Assembly (NCBI GenBank): GCA_964413195.1
Contig: CAYPRD010000002.1
Coordinates: forward strand, 1 to 54,870
Direction of reading: 5' to 3'
From: an uncultured Candidatus Peribacteria bacterium
Lineage (GTDB): Bacteria > Patescibacteriota > Gracilibacteria > BD1-5 > JAGOOR01
Length of the DNA: 54,870 nt
This document shows, in pieces, positions 41,149-51,315 of the stretch (positions are counted from its first letter, which is position 1; each line of letters starts with the position of its first letter). A program made the position numbers and the translations under genes. Under the pieces are notes generated by a model. It ran no database searches, had not been told where the DNA came from, and was given only the letters and a program-made list of their open reading frames with translations.

Positions 41149-42537
41149 TTAAGCCGCGACTAGGTATCCTCTCCACCGTATTCGTTTTCCTCACGCAAGT
41201 ACTGCTGTTATCTTATCAGCCCCATTCTTGAGAGCCTGAGCAGAAGAAGCTCATTGCATGTTTTCTCCGAGTGCGTCAAAAACTGTTTCATATCACAAAT
41301 GTTCACCATACATAAACCTTGGAACATTGTATCATTCATTTATAAATTCAACTGGACGACCTTTCCCCAATGTTTCTTCATTAAATCCAAAGAACTTTGC
41401 TGCATTTTTCCCTGTTAGTAAAGGGAATAAATCCAATCTATTATGTTCTTCGAGAAATTGAAAGAGCATCTCAAATGCAACGGGAAGATTGTAGGCACCG
41501 TTTGCACAGCAATCTGGTTTTCCTCAGAGCCCAAGTTTTGTGGTGAGTGGGTGCGGAGCCGAATCTGTTCAAAATCGTAATTTTTCTGTAATTTCTGGAG
41601 AACTGTTGAGTACTAAATCAACAATAGCCTGTCTATCAGTACTGGTATTTATTTCTGGCCTCATCGAAGCAATAATGTCTATACCCCCATGTCATTTGCG
41701 TATATCGGCATCATCGTAGATGAGATGTTGAGGAGTAAATGTACAAGACACATTGGGGTATTTTCGTACAACGGCGCATGCTTCTTTTGTAGAAATATGT
41801 TCAATAACAATTTGCAAATTTGGATGAGATTCTGCAAGGATAATAACATCACGAAGCATATCTCTTTCAGCACTTGCAGGTCATCATTCCAAAACATTGC
41901 CATTCGTATCACGTATAAGTGGCCTTTGTGCGTGTATCAAGAATGGAATTTTATTTTTCTCCATTGCTTCAAATCGTGCATCAGTAGGATTGAGTGAGAT
42001 ATTACCACTTTTTGCATCGGAATTTACTGTACCGCCTGCTGGATACCATTTGATACCAACAATGCCTGATTCTTTTGCTGCTTCTATCTCAGCTGCATCG
42101 ATATCTGGACCAAACGTCAGTGTCATCATAGGAATAAATCATTCTGCTGTATTTGCATAGAGATCATCTCGATACCTTTTTGCTATTTCCACGCCGGTTA
42201 TAGCACCACTGGGACTTGCCTCTGTTTTATAATGTCCAGTATTTGGCATAACAACACCACCCGTCAGTAATCTGGTTGAAGCCTTGCCTATGACTGGTAA
42301 AAGACCAGAAGGATCACGTAGATGCATGTGAGAATCAAATATGTAAGGAACTCCGAAAGATAATTTACCATTTCGAAATGTTATTTTGCTGAATCATGCT
42401 GAGAGAAGCTCTTTCTTTTTCGTTTCTGGCACTTTTCATCCAAATTGATGAATCTCAGAAAGCCGTGCAAGACGGATAGTTGGTTCGCCTTCTGCATCTG
42501 AGTTATTCCAGTTTGGCATGTCTTCGTAGAAAGCCAT
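41149..42537 (-). CDS. pyrC: dihydroorotase (E. coli PyrC-like type) with an N-terminal extension
   Basis: DSHMHLRD, VMPNTG, IKWYPAGG, TFTPQHL, RF(TGA)TDSAPH (conserved LGTDSAPH; TGA at 41569..41571). 463-codon frame checked. Start at 42537 or 42519. Confidence 0.85.
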
Positions 42538-42675
42538 AGTATTTTGATTAATACAGTTACTATATTCTATTTAAAAATCTGTCAATTGATTTTAAAAAAT
42601 TATATTCCTTATAATTCTTGAGATACTTTTTGTAAAAGAAAAATGAGTTTGAAATGAGTGAAATTAACTATGATA

Positions 42676-43587
42676 TTACCCGCCAAACATTCTATAGTTT
42701 TCCAGTATTTGAGTTTGTTGGATTTTATCTGCCGGTTGCTCACAGCTCATATTTTCTATGGTTATCATAATTTCGCGGTGAATAGCACGTATTTCTTCAT
42801 CGGTTGCATCGGTACAAGTGATACACAAATACATACCAGTCATACATCCAAAGGTTCCTACAATCACTGCTTTTCCAGGAAAACGAACACGTAAATTTTG
42901 TTCGAGAGTTTCTGAGAGCCGGTAGCTAAACTTAGGTTCGAGAGTGAGGCATGTATCATTTTCATGAGTCTTTGGCTTGAGGAGGCGTAGATCACAGACC
43001 ACTGCTTTTGTATCGGATGTTGTGTGCTTTTCAACAAGTATTTTATACTGTTTTTGATCAATTTCCGCGAGACTCTCTTGGGCTGCGTGTGGGTCATGAA
43101 ACGTAAACTGTCCACACTGTTGTGCGGTCGCAAATGGTACTCAGAGAAATCCTTCTTTGTCTCCGTGGCCTTCTTCAATACCTCCGATATAACTTAGGGC
43201 TCTTTGTATCGAGCTTGCTACTGCCGCTCGGATACTCTGTGTGTCCAATTCTACAAGAGTAGTTATACGAAAGCCATAACCTGCTTTTGTTTGAAAGGGG
43301 GAAATATCTAGGATCATCCGTGTATCGAGTGCTGGTAAATATTCTGCGAGACTTGATCGGAGACTTCCCGTGTCGCGAGTGTAGGCGAGGAGGTGTTCAT
43401 TGGTATGCATACCAGCATGGAACCGCAGATATTCATCCTCATGGGGGAACGGGAAGAAATCGAGTGTGTAGGTAGTGATCGTGAGAGGAGCATCTGCAGT
43501 AATATGTTTATCAACCGAGAGTGTTCACCCTGTCATGGCTGTGTGGTCTTTTTCGCTGGAATGTGGTCCGCTCGTAAAAGTAATCAT
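42676..43587 (-). CDS. tandem LuxS-like protein (two S-ribosylhomocysteinase-like halves)
   Basis: Half 1 has KDHTAM, HTNEHLLAY (HxxEH), DISPFQTKAGYGF (GCxTG Cys missing) and ATAQQCGQFTFHD. Half 2 has TFGCMTGMYLCI (GCxTG present) but no HxxEH. One TGA. Frame checked. Confidence 0.7.
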
Positions 43588-43593
43588 ATGTGT

Positions 43594-43621
43594 ATTGTAG
43601 ATATTTCTCTGTATGTGTAAA
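43594..43621 (-). promoter_or_regulatory. promoter with -10 placed 6 nt before the ATG (leaderless-type)
   Basis: On the minus strand: TTTACA, 16 nt spacer, TACAAT, then acacat-ATG(43587). Confidence 0.45.
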
Positions 43622-43636
43622 TTTCAATTTTTCACA

Positions 43637-43682
43637 GAAAATAATTTTTCCAGAAAAAACATTTGTCAGAAAAATTATTTTC
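43637..43682. promoter_or_regulatory. pair of inverted 14-nt quasi-palindromes, candidate LexA operators
   Basis: GAAAATAATTTTTC (43637..43650) and GAAAAATTATTTTC (43669..43682) are exact reverse complements. The second one fills the -35/-10 spacer of the lexA promoter. Confidence 0.4.
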
Positions 43683-43690
43683 CTTATAAT
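43663..43690 (+). promoter_or_regulatory. lexA promoter
   Basis: TTGTCA, 16 nt spacer, TATAAT. 27 nt upstream of ATG 43718. Confidence 0.5.
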
Positions 43691-43717
43691 GCTTGTGTTA
43701 TTTTTTCTCTCTTTCCT

Positions 43718-44335
43718 ATGAGACCTCTTGATGGACGTCAACGTGATATCTTGGAATTTTTAACACAGAACCAAGAATATTCACTCACATTAGCAGATAT
43801 CGGTGCTGCTGTTGGCATTGATCATCCACAGAAGGTTCTGGATAAGATCGATCAGCTCCTTCGCATGTGATATATCGCTAAGAGTCCGTTTGGGGGATAT
43901 CAAGTCCTCAAACATTTTGAGGAGACAGACCAGCTCTCGATCCCTTTTTATGGATTTGCACAGTGCGGACATGCGGGACCAACTATCCTAGAGGAATACC
44001 CTAGAAAAAAACTTGAAATCGATAAGGATCTTATTGTCTCTGCTGAGAAAGATACATATTTTGTGACCCGAGCAAAAGGGGATTCGATGGAACCGTTTAT
44101 TCACTCAGGAGATTTTCTGTTAATCAAGGTACAAAAAGGTTTTCATTCCGAAGACCAGGTCATGGTGGTGCACAATGGAGTTCCAAAAATCAAAAAAGTT
44201 CTGCAAGATGGAGAGAAACTCGTGCTTCGTTCTTTTAACCGTGAATTCGGAGATTTTGTTGTGGAGATGGATGATGAAGCCCAGGTAATTGGCGTTGTCA
44301 GGAAACGTTTCCCAAAAGATGCTTTTATTGTCTAA
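43718..44335 (+). CDS. lexA: LexA-type repressor (wHTH plus S24 peptidase)
   Basis: Track ORFs 43613..43870 and 44063..44335 are one frame joined by one TGA. CGHAGPT (Ala-Gly cleavage site), KGDSMEP (catalytic Ser), PKIKKV (Lys). Confidence 0.88.
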
Positions 44336-47300
44336 GTCGGGGTATCTTCTGCGAGTTGAATTTCACTTCACACCTTCTTGATCCTATATTTTCCTCCCTT
44401 TACTCATCGATTTCTTGAGATAGATACCATGTATTGGGCTATACTTGCATCAATAGCTCTGTTAATTTCACGAAGGTTAAAGAAATCAGCACTTAATGGA
44501 GGTTTTGTTCCTTGTCAAAAACCTCTTATTACATTATCTGAGGCATTGTGTGTTCTGCAGACACTTTCACATATTCAGTAAATAAAATCAACAACGTCAT
44601 CATCGATACCTGTTATTTCGATCTCAAAATTTATCATCATTGGTCTCATTCCAATGAGCATTAAATTTTGTCGTACTGCCCTTCTAAATTCTTCTTTTGA
44701 GACTCATAGCATAGGGAGTATGTTAAATCGATTTGCAAATTCTGGCTTTTTAACTCATTTATCATCTTGGAATGCTTCGGCGATACAATCAACTATTTGA
44801 CTTTTATCCATACCGGCATGGAGCTTTTCTGCTCCTGCGTTTGTTGCAGCTATGATAATATATCTTTTTCTTTGGAATGTCTTCCCTACACCAGAGGTCA
44901 TTTTCCCTTCATCTACAAAATTCATAATTGCCATGCGAACTTCAGGGTGCATCTTATCGAGCTCATCTATAAAAACTATCCCTAGTTCATTATCTCTCAT
45001 GAAATTTGTTAAGGTGCCTCATTCATTTGAATTAACGTATCCGGGAGGAGATCATGTAAGGCGTGCTACAGAATGTGCTTCCTTATACATCGAGCCATCA
45101 AGAGTGAGTAGGGGAATATTAAAGTGCTTATGTAATACCTCGGCCATCCATGTCTTTCCGACTCACGTAGGTCATGGGAAGAGAAATGACAATGGTCTGT
45201 CAGGATTAGATCAACCAAGGATATGAGATTCAACTCGAGCACAAAATGTATTGATAACATGGGCTTGTCATACAATATGTTCATTGAGTATTCCTGGTAG
45301 AGCTTGTAAGCTTTTCTGTAATCCTTCCATTTGTTGCGTATTGGTCATGTCAAGAAATGTAGACACGGCAAAACCAAGATCTTCTCAATTAATCTCTCTT
45401 CTTCCACATGCATGACTATTAATAGCACAGGCTTGAATAATGCGAATACTGAGATGAAGTGGATCAGTTCCAGGATTCCGCATTCGAGCGACAATAGAAA
45501 CAATTCTCATAATGATTGTCTCTGGTATTATAACTCACAAAGATGTACTCATTTCATCTCTACAGTTGCATAATCTTGACCGTATTTCTTGATCAGAAAA
45601 AGCTGATATTTGTACCAGATTTTCTACCCCTGGGATGCTTTGAGGTCCAGAAATAACTATTTTTAGTCCTAATCTTCCCACGATTTCGAGAAATTCTCCA
45701 ATTTTTTGTGCGTCAACATATTGAGTTGGTAATCGTAAGACTATGACGGTGTCAGGGTTATAGTTTGCTATTGCAAGAAGGCCTTCATGGATTTTTGTTA
45801 TATCATCTATAATTGTTCCTGGATCTCATCACTGCAGAAGAGATAATAACGCCTTCCATCAGTTTTTTTCTTCTATTCCAATTTCCACTACTGAGTGATT
45901 CTTGAGAGAGTCCGGAACACTACCTGCCATTATCCTTTGCGTTAAACGTCCAAAGAGTCTTTCTGGAATAGCATCATAATCTCATCACCCACTGTTGTAT
46001 CTTGTGGTGTCTACTACTAGTACACTTCATGTTTCCCCGAGTCCTTGGATCATGCTATCCACTTCTGGATCCAGTCAAAGATCTTCCGATTCAGGCTTCA
46101 TAGCTACTGCATGAGTGCTTTTAACACTTGTTGCCGGGGCTTGAAGATTATCCATAAAAATTTGTGGCTCGTAATTCTGTTGGACGAGTTGATATCTTTC
46201 AAAAAGAGATGCGTTTATATGAAATCGTCTTATGCATAGCTGAACAAGAAAAGGAGGTATTTCTCTTATTCAATTTTTACTACATATCTCCAGTATTTGG
46301 ATCATAGCTTCTTCTGTTATTTCTTCAGTTTTTTCTAATATAAAATAGAGTATATCTAAGAGGTTTCTTTTTTCTTTCCAGCGACCATCATGCTCCATTG
46401 TCTCGACTACATGTCGTAAGTTCTGTACGCCAACGACTTTTACCCCTTTAGTACGAAGAATTTCATATATAAATCTATTTTGACTCATACTTTCTCTTTT
46501 CTTGGAATCAATTCACATAGCTTCTTCCATAAATCTTGGTGTTTGGCTTCATAAAAATTGTACTTGCCTCAATCAGTCATAATCATTTTCAAATGCTCAC
46601 TCTCCAAAATATATCATTGGCTGTGCCTCTAGTCTTGTCCCAAAAGACTGATCCATATGATTGCAAGATCGAGTCTTTAATATTTTACATATAGTTGCAA
46701 AAGATTCTTTTGACCCTCTTTCTGCTGAAAATGTATATACGACTTTTCTACTTCCAGAAGATTTTTTACCAGGAATTCATAGACCTCTAATCTGTTCTTC
46801 TAATGTTTTTTTTGTTGTATTGCCTGAATTTCTAAATGGTTTTTTTGCCATAGAGGGGTGGCCAACTCATGTTAATATATATCGTAATGACAAAAAGAGT
46901 AGATCTTCTGCAGAATTGTCGTAACCTTCAAAATCGAGATCTCCTACAATATCCAGAGGTACAAATTCATATTCTTTTTGATGTGCTCAAGAACTAATTT
47001 CTCCATATCTTTCTAATCATAATCGAATCAATTCATGGAGTCATTTCCCAGATACAGATGTTCCATTTCTACAATCTATGGCGACTTTATTTGTGGTTCT
47101 TCTGGAAAATGCGTTATGGATTGTATGGAGGCCAAGCATGAAAGGCCTAATTGCATTGATTGCCGGAATTTGTCTACGAACAGGGAGGGTACCAATATAT
47201 CTACCGACAGCACCTTTTCAATTAAAATCCGGTATTCCTAATAGATCGGAGAGATTGTCATCTTTTCTAAGTATCCGCCTATCGATGACATGTCAGAGCA

Positions 47301-47643
47301 CTGTTCATTTTACTCTTAACAAAAGATTATTTAATTCGTGTCCTGAGATTTCCCCTTCTTTTTTTTCATCTAAAATATTTCTATCCTCTTCACTTTTTCT
47401 ATTCCGTTCGTATCTTGCCATACGTCGTCATAGTACTGTTAGATTAAGCAATGCTCACGTTTTTCTTATTAATCACAGTGATTCACATTCGCGGATGGCA
47501 TCTTCATCTTGTGCATGGGAACTTTCGCCTTTCTTCTCCAGGAGAGCGATTAAAAGATTTTTTATTGTTTCCGCTGTTTTCCCGGCTTCCTGTAACTCAG
47601 AGGTATTTATGGAACTCGTTTGTTGAGATTCTAGGGGGGGCAT
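44332..47643 (-). CDS. 1103-aa ClpA/B-like AAA+ protein: unknown N-terminal region, degenerate D1, intact D2
   Basis: One frame from ATG 47643 to TAG 44332. All 56 sequence lines were split into triplets and no TAA/TAG was found. About 37 in-frame TGA. D2 has GQAHVI..FLFPGPTGVGKT..GSPPGYV..IVFIDELDKMHP..IIIAATNAG. D1-like region has no GKT. Confidence 0.85.
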
Positions 47644-47647
47644 GAGA

Positions 47648-47670
47648 TTATTTTAAATTATTTAAAATAA
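47648..47670. promoter_or_regulatory. perfect 11-1-11 palindrome overlapping the -10 of the AAA+ gene
   Basis: TTATTTTAAAT-T-ATTTAAAATAA. On the minus strand the -10 TAAAAT (47655..47650) lies inside it, 6 nt before ATG 47643. Confidence 0.4.
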
Positions 47671-47709
47671 TTATGGTTTATTAAACATTTTGTCAAATTT
47701 TATTTTATA

Positions 47710-48345
47710 TTAATTATTTTTAATAAAATCTAATATAAACGGGAGATGTTCTATGACTCTTTTTCCGGCATGAAGATTCTTCTCAAAATCTTCCTCGGCA
47801 CTAGAGTTGGCATTATCGGATATTATTTTTAGTACCAGCAGTGATACCGCATAATGATGAGCAACTTTTGCCAGAGCGGCACCTTCCATGTCGACCAGTT
47901 GTCCACCACGTACCTGGAGAGATTCTCGCATACTTTCTGTTGTGATAAATTGATCCCCAGTGACTAAAACTCCCTGTTTCAGCTCAGGATGTTCAACCGT
48001 AATAAGGTCAAAAAGAGGGTAGAGTCGGTTTTGTGTTTCGGGCATGTTTTCAAAATATCCGTCATGTTCGATCGTTTTTGTAGCTACTACTACATCACCA
48101 AAACATAAATGTGGACTCAAACTTCCGGCGAGGCCAATATTGATAATAATATCGACCCTATGTTGTTCGAGAATTTTTGTGAGTGTCATGGCAGCAGCTA
48201 CCTTCCCTATGCCGCTGAGAGCGAAGATATAGTCCCCAAATACGACCACACTTCCTACAGAAAGGTTCTCTGTGAATCAGAGAAAATGAGCTATTGGTAC
48301 TATTTCCTCTTCCATGGCCGATATGAATGCTATTTTTTTAGTCAT
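47710..48345 (-). CDS. mtnN: 5'-methylthioadenosine/S-adenosylhomocysteine nucleosidase
   Basis: MTKKIAFISAMEEEI (E. coli KIGIIGAMEEEV), SGIGKVAAA, VDMEGAALA. One TGA upstream of track ORF 47710..48249. Confidence 0.88.
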
Positions 48346-48859
48346 ATTGTAGTACAGAGTACAGTTCAGAAGGTTCTATTTTTTTTCTTCATCATAAAGA
48401 AAGGAGCTCTATGATGACTCCTCCAAAAACAGCACTGGCGCCATTTTCTCGAGCAAGATCAAGTGATGCTTTCATGGTTCATCCAGTTGCGAGAACATCA
48501 TCAGCGACGAGCACCCGGTGTCAGGTTAGTATATCTTTCCTGATGGTGAGAGTAGCGTGACTGTATTCGTAGCTATAGGATTTTTTTGAAACTAACGTTT
48601 CCGGAAGTTTGCCATCTTTTCGGATCATGATAAATGGAAGCTGGTATTTTTCAGCTAACATACTCCCCAGCACAAAACCACGGGCATCGACGCCTGCGAT
48701 GGCATCAATATGTTTATCTTTTATAAATGTGCGGAATCCTTCCAACATACTGGTGCGTTTTTTTGGATCAAAAAGCAGAGGAGATATATCCCGAAAAAGC
48801 ACTCCTGGAATTGGAAAGTCCTGGTAATTTGTCAGCAAATGGTCGAATTCGTTCGTCAC
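48338..48859 (-). CDS. apt: adenine phosphoribosyltransferase
   Basis: GVDARGF and VLVADDVLATG(TGA)T (PRPP motif ..ATGGT). GTG start. TAA at 48338 overlaps the mtnN start. Confidence 0.88.
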
Positions 48860-48899
48860 GACTCCATTCTAGATATGTTTTTTGAATCTCAAGGAAAAA

Positions 48900-50042
48900 T
48901 TACTGTTGGCTGATAACATCGGAAAGTTGCATGATTGGACTCATGATAGCGTATGCTATGAGACCAACAAAGATAGCCATAGAGACGATAATAACGGGTT
49001 CAATGATTTTATTGATGGTGGTCACGGCATTGTCGACTTCTTCATCATAGAAATCAGCTACTTTCACAATTATTGAGTCTATTTTGGCTGTTTCTTCTCC
49101 TACTTTGATCATCTGAGTAACCATATCGGGGAAGAGGGCATCATTTTCGAGAGATTTTGCTATTGTGACACCGTGCATCACGTCATCTCGTAAAAGCAAA
49201 ATTCTCTGCCGGTATACTTCATTTCCGACGGCTCCTGATATAATTCTCAGTGCTTCTACAATGGAGACTCCACTTCCGAGTAAGCTCGATAATAGGCGTG
49301 AAAAACGAGAAATAATAATTTTTTGTAAGAGAAGTCCGACACCAGGTATTTTGAGGAGGATTTTATCGGACATGTAGAGCCCATTTTCCGTTTTTCTCCA
49401 GGATGCTAAAAGAGATGCAATTCCAACAGGAACAAGGATAAAAAGATACCAAAAACCCTGAACAAATTCACTCATATTCACCAGTATTTGTGTGGCCTTT
49501 GGGAGTCCTCAAAAGTCTTCAAAGATGGTCATCAATTTTGGTACCACCTGCCACATAAGTACAAACACTACTCCCAACATCACTACAATGATCAATGCTG
49601 GATATATGAGGGCTCCAATAAGTTTTTTTGAGAGAGAAGAAAGTTTTTCTATTTGCGCAGCCACTTGTAGCAATGCGACATTTAATTTTCCAGTTTTTTC
49701 TCCTGATTCGATCATAGCGACTTCTGAGTCTGAGAAACTTTTTGGAAACATCTTGAGAGTGGAGGAGAGGTTTTTTCCGGAATGGATGTTTTCTATCATG
49801 GTAGTTTCTATTTTTTTCATGACAGGATTTTTTTGATCATCCTTGAGTACTTTGAGTGCCTGAAGAATGGTCAGGCCAGCGTTGACCATAGTCGCCAAAA
49901 GACGATAAAAAGTTACTTTGTCTTTGAGTTTTACTTTCTGGTTTGTGACGAGAATATCATTGATCAATTCCCACCAAGACTGTTTTTTTTCCTTTGGTCC
50001 TTCGAATTGTTCTGAGAGAATGATGATTTGTTCTTTGGTCAT
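48900..50042 (-). CDS. pilC: type IV pilus / T2SS platform protein (PilC/GspF family)
   Basis: Track ORFs 49509..50132 and 48900..49481 are one frame joined by one TGA. Two T2SSF-like repeats with TM segments. Start taken at MTKEQ, 8 nt after the pilB stop. Confidence 0.88.
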
Positions 50043-50049
50043 ACAAAAA

Positions 50050-51312
50050 TTATACTTCTTGGCGAACCGCTCCGTATACTTCTTCGAGTGTTGTAACTCC
50101 TTGAAGTGCGCGAATAACACCATCTTGCTCAAGCGAAATCATACCATCACGAACCGCAGCGGAAAATATATCTCGAGCTGAGGCTTCTTTGAGTATCATC
50201 TCTTTTATCCCTCCTGTCATCTCCATGACTTCATAGAGTGCTATACGTCCTTCGTAGGCCTGATCATGATGTTCTACTTTAGTGAGATCAGGAACCAAAA
50301 AGCCAGGATCTTTCATCATTTCTTCCGAGAGTCGTTCTCGGATTTCTTCTTTTGGTGTACTGGCGATAACGTTCTTGATGCGCTGTTGTAAATTTATATC
50401 AAGTTCGGAAAAAGGCATTCTTTTTGCCTTGTCCTTATTGATACGTCGTACAAGTCGCTGTGCAATAATAGCATTGATAGTGGCGGGGAGTAGAAATGTT
50501 TTTACCCCTAAATTGATGAGACGAGTGAGAGTTTCAGCAGCAGAATTGGTATGAATTGTGGAGAGCACGAGATGTCCCGTGAGAGATGCTTCTATAGCTA
50601 TATCTGCTGTTTCTTGATCTCGGATTTCCCCCACCATCATGATATCTGGATCTTGACGAAGTGCTGTACGGAGACCCGTAGCAAATGTATATCCTATATC
50701 GGGAAAAACCTGACTCTGATTGAGTCCATCGACGACTATTTCTACTGGATCTTCAAATGTCATGATATTCACTTTTGGTTGATTGAGTTTTTTCATGATC
50801 GCATAGAGGGTGGTAGATTTACCAGACCCAGTTGGACCCGAGTTGAGAATGATACCATTTGGTTGTTCGATTGCCCGGCTAATAATAGCATTATTCTTTC
50901 CTTCGAGTCCGAGCTTTTCCAGGTCAGGAATTTTTTTCTTTTTATCCACGATACGCATCACTATCTTTTCACCGTGCACGGTTGGAAGAGTTGAGAGACG
51001 CAGATCAAATGCCTTGTCGCCGCTTTCATGGGAAATACGTCCATCCTGAGGTTTTCGTGTCTCATCCATTTTCAAGTTTCCAAGAATTTTGTAACGAGCC
51101 ACGATTTGCCCATGATTGAGAATGGGATATTCCAGTATTTCAGTCAGGATACCATCAATACGATATCGCAGACGAACTTTTTCTGAAAAAGGTTCGAGAT
51201 GTATATCTGAAGCATTTATTTCGACAGCATACACAATCATCATATCACAAATCTGTGCTGGATCTTCTCCAGAGAAAATTGATTGCTTTAATGTATCGAG
51301 AGTAGTCGCCAT
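50050..51312 (-). CDS. pilB: type IV pilus / T2SS assembly ATPase (PilB/GspE family)
   Basis: GPTGSGKSTT (Walker A), DPDIMMVGEIRD (Asp box/Walker B), TGHLVLSTIHTN (His box). 420 aa with no TGA. Confidence 0.93.
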   Translation of the reverse strand: MATTLDTLKQSIFSGEDPAQICDMMIVYAVEINASDIHLEPFSEKVRLRYRIDGILTEILEYPILNHGQIVARYKILGNLKMDETRKPQDGRISHESGDKAFDLRLSTLPTVHGEKIVMRIVDKKKKIPDLEKLGLEGKNNAIISRAIEQPNGIILNSGPTGSGKSTTLYAIMKKLNQPKVNIMTFEDPVEIVVDGLNQSQVFPDIGYTFATGLRTALRQDPDIMMVGEIRDQETADIAIEASLTGHLVLSTIHTNSAAETLTRLINLGVKTFLLPATINAIIAQRLVRRINKDKAKRMPFSELDINLQQRIKNVIASTPKEEIRERLSEEMMKDPGFLVPDLTKVEHHDQAYEGRIALYEVMEMTGGIKEMILKEASARDIFSAAVRDGMISLEQDGVIRALQGVTTLEEVYGAVRQEV

Positions 51313-51315
51313 AAC

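Noticed and set aside
42559-42585. Minus-strand TTGACA..TATAGT as the pyrC promoter.
   Set aside because: The spacer is only 15 nt by my count, which is too short to call with confidence. Left unannotated.
43588-43659. Alternative upstream ATG (43659) for the LuxS-like gene.
   Set aside because: Start 43587 gives an N-terminus colinear with LuxS (..DHTAM) and has a TTTACA-16-TACAAT-N6-ATG promoter. The upstream Met would place coding sequence over the lexA promoter and operators.
47078-47626. 182-aa plus-strand ORF in the ORF track.
   Set aside because: Low-complexity Ser/Leu/Phe-rich product lying antisense to the verified 1103-codon AAA+ frame. A shadow ORF.
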